64,000 bases of DNA, taken from assembly GCF_902459465.1 (NCBI RefSeq), contig NC_047067.1, forward strand, positions 5,456,001-5,520,000. The letters are read 5' to 3'. Each line of letters opens with the position of its first letter. Position 1 is the stretch's first letter. A program made the translations under genes and the position numbers. Below are positions 56,969-64,000 of this stretch, one piece after another. Below the pieces are notes generated by a model, which made no database searches, was not told the DNA's origin, and worked only from the letters and a program-made list of their open reading frames with translations. This DNA is from Asterias rubens (lineage: Eukaryota).

Positions 56969-59900
56969 CTATAATGAAAACAAAATGTTGTAATAATGAT
57001 CTCAGCATTAAAGGGAAGGTACACGTTTGGTAATTACTCAAAACAAATATTAACTTAAAAACTGACTTTGTAACTAGCATTGGAGAGCTGTTGATAGTAT
57101 AAAACATTGTGGGACACGGCTCCCTCTGAAACTTGTTAAGGTACGAGTAATATTCATTGTGTTTTCTGTAAATTGTGACTCACTCTGAAGTTTTTGAGAA
57201 AGAGGTAATTTCTCACTAAAATAATTAAAGACTTCTTGCTAGAAGTCTATCTAAAAGCACATAAATTCGTCCAACAAGGGTGTTTTTTCTTTCATAATTT
57301 TCTCGCAACTTCCACGACCGATTTAGCCCAAATTTTCACAGGCTTGTTATTTTATGCTTATGATGGGATACACAAAGTGTGAACACTGGTCTTTGACGAT
57401 TACCAAACGTGTACAGTGCCTTTAAGTAAGTGCCCTAATCATAGGCATGCTTTAGGGCACACATTCCATTTTGTGCATCCGTGTGGAGGCATCTTTTATT
57501 CTTTTATGTTGTTTCTGTAGTTAAGAACCTCGCATAGACTTTGTACACAAAATTCTGTGTGGAAACCCAAGTCTTTATGGCAAGACCTTTGTTTTCCCTT
57601 TTCTGTTTTGTTCTTGGTCTACATAGGGTAGTGATTATGAAATCACTGAAACAGTTGTACAAAGAAGTGGCACTGGAGGACACTACTTTCAGAAACAAGA
57701 AGCGGAAACAGTATAAAAAGGCTGGAGTAATTACTCAAAATATATATTAGCATAAAATCTTACTTGGTAACGAGCAACGGAGAAAGAACTTAAACTTCTC
57801 ACTTAAATATTTGAAACTGAGAAAGACTTCAGGCCTTTCTCAGGCATCTGAAAGCACACAAATTTGTGCAACAAGGGTGTTTTTTCTTTCATTACTTTCT
57901 TGCAACTTAAATGACCAATTGAGTCAAAATGTTCACAGAATTTTTCATTTTATGATAACCCAAGTGAGAATATTGGTCTTTGACAATTACCAAACATGTC
58001 CAGCGCCTTAAAATGATTCTAAAATCCGAATTTACACAATGTATGTCAATAGAGTACTGTTGTCAATTTTGGCTGGAGCTTGTGCCTGCCTTTTATCCTT
58101 ACTAAATCAAGTGCAGGCTTTCTGCTTGTTCTCATCCTTATACTGTGGCTTTGCGAGATGAAGAACAAAGATCTACTCTAGTAGCTTTTTCCCTCGTACT
58201 GCATCTCTTTGGAACTCCTTGCCTGGTGCATGTTTCCCTTCACCCTATGATCTGCCATCTTTTAAGAGGAATGTCAATTCCTACCTTCAGCTCCACTGAG
58301 TTTCTGCATTTCTATGTTCTCTTCCTTGTAACCCTTTACCTAGTGTGGCTTTTAGCCTTGTTTTAAGCAAACTTGCATAGTGAAAAATAATAACTCAAAG
58401 GATCTGCTGTGACTCTTTACCTTTGCATAAAGAAAAGCTCTCCATGGAGCAGAATCCTCCGGTGTGGTTGCCATGGTTTTACATCCTAGTTCTTCCAGTT
58501 GTCTCTGGATGTCTTTGGGCTGTAGAGACTTCATTATTTTGAGCTCTTGCAATTCACTGAAAAGGAATTGAATTGATTTTTTTTTTTTTTTTTTTTGTGG
58601 ATCAGAAAGTTAAAACTAAAAGGTTTCTTTTATGAGCTTGCTCCCTTCAGTAGTCATGGTGAGAAAACTTCAAGGGCAACGAAACGATCAGATTTGAGAA
58701 CACAATCTTACAAGTTTTCCTTAAAAAAAAAGGTTTTATGAAAACCCTAAAAGGAAGGTTTACGTTTGGTAGCCACTCCTCAAATTAATGCAAATAAAAA
58801 CCTGCTTGGCTTGAAGTACAGCAGCTTCCAATAATATGAAGCATTTGAGAATCATTTCACTTTGAAGTAACAAGGTTATGAAAAAAAGATATCACTTTTT
58901 ATCCCTAAAAATTTGAATATTAGAAAATTACTGTCAGAAACATCGTCTCAGATTGTGTATTCCAATTACAAATTATTCTTCCTGCATGGACAAAACCGCT
59001 CGGGTTTTTTGGCGTGGGTTCTGAAAAGAACCGGTGGTTAACGACCCTAAACAAGTTAGTTTTGTTGTATATATTTACATTTAATATCAACAATTGCACA
59101 GCTTCAAACACCAAAGGTTTACGATCCCTTTGTTACGTACCAGCTCTTCCACGTGGTCCATTTCCCTTCAAACTCCTCCGGTGCTAAACTGACATTGGTG
59201 AGGAATTTGGCCTCAGTGGTGACCCGAGTGACTGTCTCTGTAGCGACCCCATCAGAACGGACTGCTGACATGACCTCTGGCTCAACACCACCTAAACTGA
59301 CCAGTGTAGACATGACCTCTGGCTCAACACCACCTAAACTGACCAGTGTAGACATGACCTCTGGCTCAACACCACCTAAACTGACCAGTGTAGACGCCAC
59401 GGGAATGGCCTCTGCTTCATTCTCCAACATGACTTCCGGTGTGACCTCAGAGTTGAACTCAGATGTGACCCCGTCTAAGTCCAGCAGCTGGCCGGTGGCT
59501 GTGATGTCAAGTTCTAGCTCACCATCGTTTGGTTTAAGCTCAACAAATGATAGAGGACTGTGGCCTTCATTTTCCTCTCCATAATTAGATTTTTGGATTT
59601 CTCTCCATCTATCTGGTCCTGAAAACAAACAGAAAGAAGAATAATGCAATAACTTAAGTTTTAAAGTCCTGTTTGAAGTAAATGCAGATGATCGTAACGA
59701 TTACACTTATGATTTTGTCTAGGTAATGTACAACTCTTTTTTAACGTAGCTCCACCAATACCAAAAGACTGAATGTTGAGGTGCTTTTGGCATCACTGAG
59801 TGACGGATATGAGAGCTATATAAAAGAAGCCACTATTTATACTGGTAGTGCCAGAGCCTGTCTTCTTGATAATCTAGATATGGGAGAAGTCTGAGTAACC

Positions 59901-62900
59901 AGTGTATGCCGAATACCAGTCTTTTGCCCACGTGAAACCAATACTTACCAAACAGTAAAGCTATGGAGTTGAAATGGTGAACATCCGCTGATGTGTCACT
60001 GGGACACGGTACTGGTAGGCGAGACGGAGGTGCGCTTATGATATCCTTTGCCTGCCAAAGTACAAGATGCCTCAATAAGTACAACGAGCTGGGCTCAATT
60101 TCATAAAGCTTTTAAGCAGAAAAACACTGCATGACAAATATCTTTGCCAAGCGAAAATTGAGTCAGGCACCAGCCACAACAATGCAAACTTAATGTGTTT
60201 TGGGCTGATAACCTTTTTTTGCTAAGCAATACTTTTCTGTGCTTAGCAAGTTTTTGTGCGCATCAGGCTTTACAATTTTGGGTCCTGTTAATTCCAAATT
60301 AAGCATGGCTTTTTATTTATTAATTTTTTTATTTTTGTTAAAGTTTTTTGGATCCTGGTGTTGGGCACGTTGGGTTGGAGTCTTTGGTCAGAAAGAATCC
60401 CGTGAGTGAATTTTATTTAACAGTATCCATCACAAATTAGTTTAAAATATTTTATTCTGAATTCTACAAATGAATCAAATTGCTTCAGTTAACTTGAATT
60501 GGAATTGATTGTTCAAAACATCAGAGATCAATTGTCAAATGAAGTGTTACCTTTTGGACGTCTTTGCTTAGGAGTCTATAGTACATCTTTGCCTTTTCCT
60601 GGAGATCAGCATTACTCTCACATTCTTTGACAATAGACAGTTATCAAGAAGGAAAGTTGAATAAAAGTCAGAAGTACAAGTTGTATTTACATTTTGCTTT
60701 TAAATGATGATCAAAACATTTGTGACAACAACCAGGAGACTTTAATTATTTTGGGAATTTGGTGATCTTTTACTGTGGCTTATGGCTACAGCAGCCATGT
60801 TGAAGTGATCTAGCCAAAGACCAACATTCTTTGGTCATTATTATTGGAATGCTAGATTTAAGGGTGGCTGTGTCTGATGGCTACATCAGCCACATTGAAG
60901 TGATCTTGCCACCAAACTTTTGGCAATATTGGACCTTGGGTATCTTTAACTGTGGCTAGCAGTGGCTATGGCTACATCAGCCATACTGAAGTGATCAGGC
61001 TTTGACCATATTGGATCTTGAGTGTCTTTTTCTGTGGCTGTGGCTGAGGGCTACAGCAGTCATATTGAAGTCATCTAGCCAACATGCTTTGACCATATTG
61101 GATCTTGAGTGTCTTCTACTGTGGCTGTGGCTGAGGGCTACAGCAGCCATATTGAAGTGATCGAGCTAACATGCTTTGGCCATATTGGATCTAATTATGT
61201 GTCTTTTACTCTGGCTATGGCTGATGGTTATAACAGCCATGTTGAAAGAATCTAGCCAAAGACCACCAGGCTTTGGCTAAATTGGATCTTGTGTATATTT
61301 TACTGTGGCTGGGTCTTTAAGTGATTATGTGATATGGATATCTACTGTGGCCGGCTGTGGATGATGGCTACATCAGCCATGTTGAAGGGATCCAGCTGTA
61401 GCCACAGCTCTTACTGCAGACATATCTTTAGTACCTATAGCATACTCCAGAATCTTGCCTAGCATGTCTTGGCACTCGGCAGGCCTGATAAAGAACAGTT
61501 TGATAGTAGCTGTCAGCAAACTCAACTTGACCATCGTGTTACGCTCCTCCTCCAATGTGTCAATCATGCTTTCAAGAATGTATGGAGCATCAGGAAGATC
61601 CTGAAACAAATCATTGTGAATTAAATTACTCTCAGTCTTGTGGCGAGTGTTGGCCCAGCAGTTAAAGAGCATTGGACTCGAGCTCTTGTGTTTGTGATAA
61701 GCCGAGTGTTGGTTTGGTTCCTGGTCAAGACACTTGTATCCTTGTATACTTTGAATGGGACATTTAACGGTACTCCAAAAGGCTTATTCATACACAATAT
61801 CAACCTCTACCCTTCACAGGTACCCATTTACACCTCGGGTGAAACGGAGTCGTGATGACTTAACCATCAGAACATTTAAGTAAAGAAATACATTCTATGT
61901 GGGATTTGAGGCATTGCATGGTGAGGTGTCAATATATATTTGGTTTACAGTATTCACCATGTGTGTATATATTTGCCAGGTAGATCATGTTCTTTTAAGA
62001 ACTTGTCTTGCTTTATATTCTACTACCACGGAGTAAATTGTCGGAATACGAGAGACTTCTCAGCTCTGAAAAGAACTGTCCTGCTTTTTAACTACTACCT
62101 GGGCAGAAGGTGGAAAATTGCTACTTTATCTTTAGTAGATCGAGCGGACTTCTCGTTATAAACTTCACTGTCGTGGAGTGAGTTCTTAATTGGTCTCAAT
62201 GTTTCGACTAGCTTGCTCCAGTCATCCTCATGAGACTGTCACGAGACATTCTGAAAATACATTCAGGAAATTACCTGGCCATACTGAGCAATGAGCCCAA
62301 CCAGAGCAGCTTTACCACACGGCTCCTGGATGAGCTGCTCACATGACGGAAGTCTCTCAACCACTGCCGGGATGAAGTCTTTAAGATGCTCATAACGAAG
62401 GATGTCTGATGACGAGAAGAAAAAGCAAAAGGTGAGTCATCTTCAACACTGTTAAATTGGCATTTACATTATAGCATTATGGCGTGCTGTGGCTGAGCCG
62501 TTAAGAGCATGCAGTGGACTTAAGCTCTGGTGTTTCTGATCAGTAGAGTGTGGGTTTGAATGGTTCGTAGGTCCCATGTACTGTGATCAGTGGTGCTCAT
62601 AAAAGAACCCAGAACACTTATCATGGAAGAGCAGGAGCTAACACTATGTGTTTCTAGTTCACATAGCAAGCACTTTCTTTTACAGATCTCCTCAGGCTTG
62701 CCAGCTACAATGACTAACAAGAGGCATCTTTGGTTTCATTACCAGAAAAATATGATAATAATAATCATTATTTGCGTGTTCTACGGGAAACCCTGCAGTT
62801 AGGAAAATATCTTTTAAGAAAGTTGTTTCTTACCCTGGAAGACAACCAAGACTTGAGACGAGACAGAGTCGATCTGTAGTGAGAGTAAGGTGAGGAGAGC

Positions 62901-63593
62901 CTCCACACAGGGTCCTGAGTAAGCTATAGATGTGTTGGCGAGTTTCCCCAAGGCAGCCACAGCGAGATGGGATAGACGAATAGAGATATCTATTGCATAG
63001 ACACTAGAGAATGGGAGTAACTAGTTAGAGTAAGCATGTATACGAGTCACTGGCTGTGGCTAGAGGCACAGCTGCAATGATCTTATCAACCGTAGCCCAA
63101 TTTAATCCATTTACATAAAATCATAGCCACATTAGAGACATAATTTTAAAGCTCCATTTTGTCACATTCCCAGTATCCTATAACACGAATCAATGCTAGT
63201 ATCCAATAGGGGCCCAGACTAGTTTACTTTCTAGCCTGGGAAATGTTTCTGCATGAAACGTTCTTTCAAATTGTGCATTCCAATTACGTTTTTTTTTCCT
63301 GTGTGGACATAACTGCTCCAGATTTGTCGACAAGATCTCAAAAACACTACCACCTTTTGAAATAAAAGTTCAGTTTTATTGTATACATTATTTACATTTA
63401 TATTGGAGTAAAACAATCAAATGGTTCTAAAAACCAAAGGTATACTAAAGGTATTCTGTGCCTTCAAGGGTGGACTTTTTGAGTTCCGATCGCTCACCTT
63501 AGCTCTTCAACGATGTCCTTGAGCGAATCCTCAGAACACAGCGAGGACAACAGCTCAATCTTCTTGTACTTGACATAACCTGGATCATTGTAT
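56816..63593 (-). CDS. AP4B1: AP-4 complex subunit beta-1, 3' nine exons (5' part outside the window)
   Basis: Minus-strand exons 63498-63593, 62834-63003, 62275-62405, 61435-61600, 60551-60624, 59949-60051, 59141-59618, 58421-58556, 56816-56968, all GT-AG and phase-consistent. The peptides [55 protein letters not shown] and PWRAFLYAK..LFLIE match beta-4 adaptin as recalled ([45 protein letters not shown]..LFLTE). Confidence 0.93.
57008..57425 (+). mobile_element. Family A subfamily MITE
   Basis: TTAAAGGGAAGGTACACGTTTGGTAAT...TTACCAAACGTGTACAGTGCCTTTAA. Confidence 0.85.
57720..58010 (+). mobile_element. Family A-related fragment
   Basis: GTAATTACTCAAAA...GGTCTTTGACAATTACCAAAC. Confidence 0.65.
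58100..58345 (+). mobile_element. CR1/L2-clade LINE 3' remnant in an AP4B1 intron
   Basis: HPYTV../YSSSFFPRTASLWNSLPGACFPSPYDLPSFKRNVN, frameshifted. Confidence 0.75.
58421..58556 (-). CDS. AP4B1: AP4B1 ear exon
   Basis: ELQELKIMKSLQPKDIQRQLEELGCKTMATTPEDSAPWRAFLYAK. Confidence 0.9.
59141..59618 (-). CDS. AP4B1: AP4B1 hinge exon (expanded) and start of ear
   Basis: GPDRWREIQK...GQLLDLDG...(STLVSLGGVEPEVM)x3...FLTNVSLAPEEFEGKWTTWKS. Confidence 0.87.
59267..59392. repeat. Perfect 42-bp tandem repeat x3 in the AP4B1 coding sequence
   Basis: GACATGACCTCTGGCTCAACACCACCTAAACTGACCAGTGTA x3. Confidence 0.97.
59949..60051 (-). CDS. AP4B1: AP4B1 exon
   Basis: [34 protein letters not shown]; |GTAAGT. 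Confidence 0.88.
60551..60624 (-). CDS. AP4B1: AP4B1 exon (trunk end)
   Basis: ECESNADLQEKAKMYYRLLSKDVQK; not in the ORF track, found by phase and homology. Confidence 0.88.
60770..61396. repeat. Degenerate minisatellite (about 75-90 bp unit, about 8 copies) in an AP4B1 intron
   Basis: Recurring CTGTGGCT..GGCTACA(G/T)CAGCCAT.TTGAAGTGATC..CATATTGGATCTT. Confidence 0.85.
61435..61600 (-). CDS. AP4B1: AP4B1 exon (trunk)
   Basis: [55 protein letters not shown]. Confidence 0.93.
62275..62405 (-). CDS. AP4B1: AP4B1 exon (trunk)
   Basis: DILRYEHLKDFIPAVVERLPSCEQLIQEPCGKAALVGLIAQYGQ. Confidence 0.9.
62481..62645 (+). mobile_element. Second tRNA-derived SINE family
   Basis: GTGGCTGAGCCGTTAAGAGC head; related copies near 61640-61750, 39955-40020 and 49055-49200. 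Confidence 0.55.
62834..63003 (-). CDS. AP4B1: AP4B1 exon (trunk)
   Basis: VYAIDISIRLSHLAVAALGKLA...CVEALLTLLSLQIDSVSSQVLVVFQ. Confidence 0.9.
63498..63593 (-). CDS. AP4B1: AP4B1 exon (trunk)
   Basis: YNDPGYVKYKKIELLSSLCSEDSLKDIVEEL; phase 2/2. Confidence 0.9.
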
Positions 63594-63642
63594 CTGGAAG
63601 ACAATCAAAGGTCATTGTACAATTATAGCTGCGTTACTACTA

Positions 63643-63815
63643 TAGGCCTGATACTTAACGGAGGCAACGAAGGCGATTGCCTCCAACCCCCCCGGGTCAT
63701 TGTCTTGGTGCCCTTGAAATGCTCTGCAGTAGAAATTTACAATTTCCTCATAGGTTGCCCTTTACCAGGGAGAAAATGCCTTGGTGCCCTTGCACTTTTA
63801 AGAACGAAGCACACA
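63643..63815 (-). mobile_element. Family H copy in an AP4B1 intron
   Basis: TAGGCCTGATACTT...GGAGAAAATGCCTTGGTGCCCTTGC. Confidence 0.8.
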
Positions 63816-64000
63816 TATTGCTAATATCCTTTGCCCCCCCCCCCACCCCTATACCAAAGGAAATGGAAAGGTATGATCAGTACAGTGCTTCTCATAACAA
63901 TGGCTTCTATTTTAGCTCTGGCTTATGCTTCCTAACTTATTTTGATCAAAGTGTGCACTTTTGGTACGGGGCTTCAAACAGGCAGACAGAGCCCAAGCTT

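Noticed and set aside
59153-59584. 143-aa plus-strand Ser/Thr-rich ORF with repeats
   Set aside because: Antisense shadow of the AP4B1 hinge exon.
61373-61434. Read-through GTKDMSAVRAVATAGSLQHG as an AP4B1 coding continuation
   Set aside because: It stops at once, and a proper phase-matched exon with MYYRLL exists at 60551-60624.

Overview
Eukaryotic, AT-rich, intron-containing genomic DNA from an invertebrate animal. An echinoderm (sea star) is my best guess from the receptor motifs and repeat style; this is inference, not a database match. Three protein-coding genes could be built by hand. (1) An intronless orphan rhodopsin-family GPCR (3308-4351, +). (2) A 14-coding-exon, 587-aa secreted collagen (37011-51568, +) with the hallmarks of ColQ, the acetylcholinesterase collagen tail: a PRAD-like proline motif, the PCMxG junction, a basic collagen segment and the ColQ C-terminal domain. 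It also has unusual additions: an N-terminal vWC domain, a mucin-like stalk, an extra collagen segment inside the C-terminal domain and a polybasic tail. (3) The 3' nine exons of AP-4 subunit beta (AP4B1; 56816-63593, -, continuing beyond the window), whose expanded hinge carries a canonical clathrin box (LLDLD) and a 42-bp coding tandem repeat. The rest is intergenic or intronic DNA dense in non-autonomous DNA transposons (mostly TTAA-flanked, Kolobok-type), tRNA-derived SINEs, LINE 3' remnants and local tandem duplications. Family assignments come from remembered reference sequences and motifs; no searches were run.
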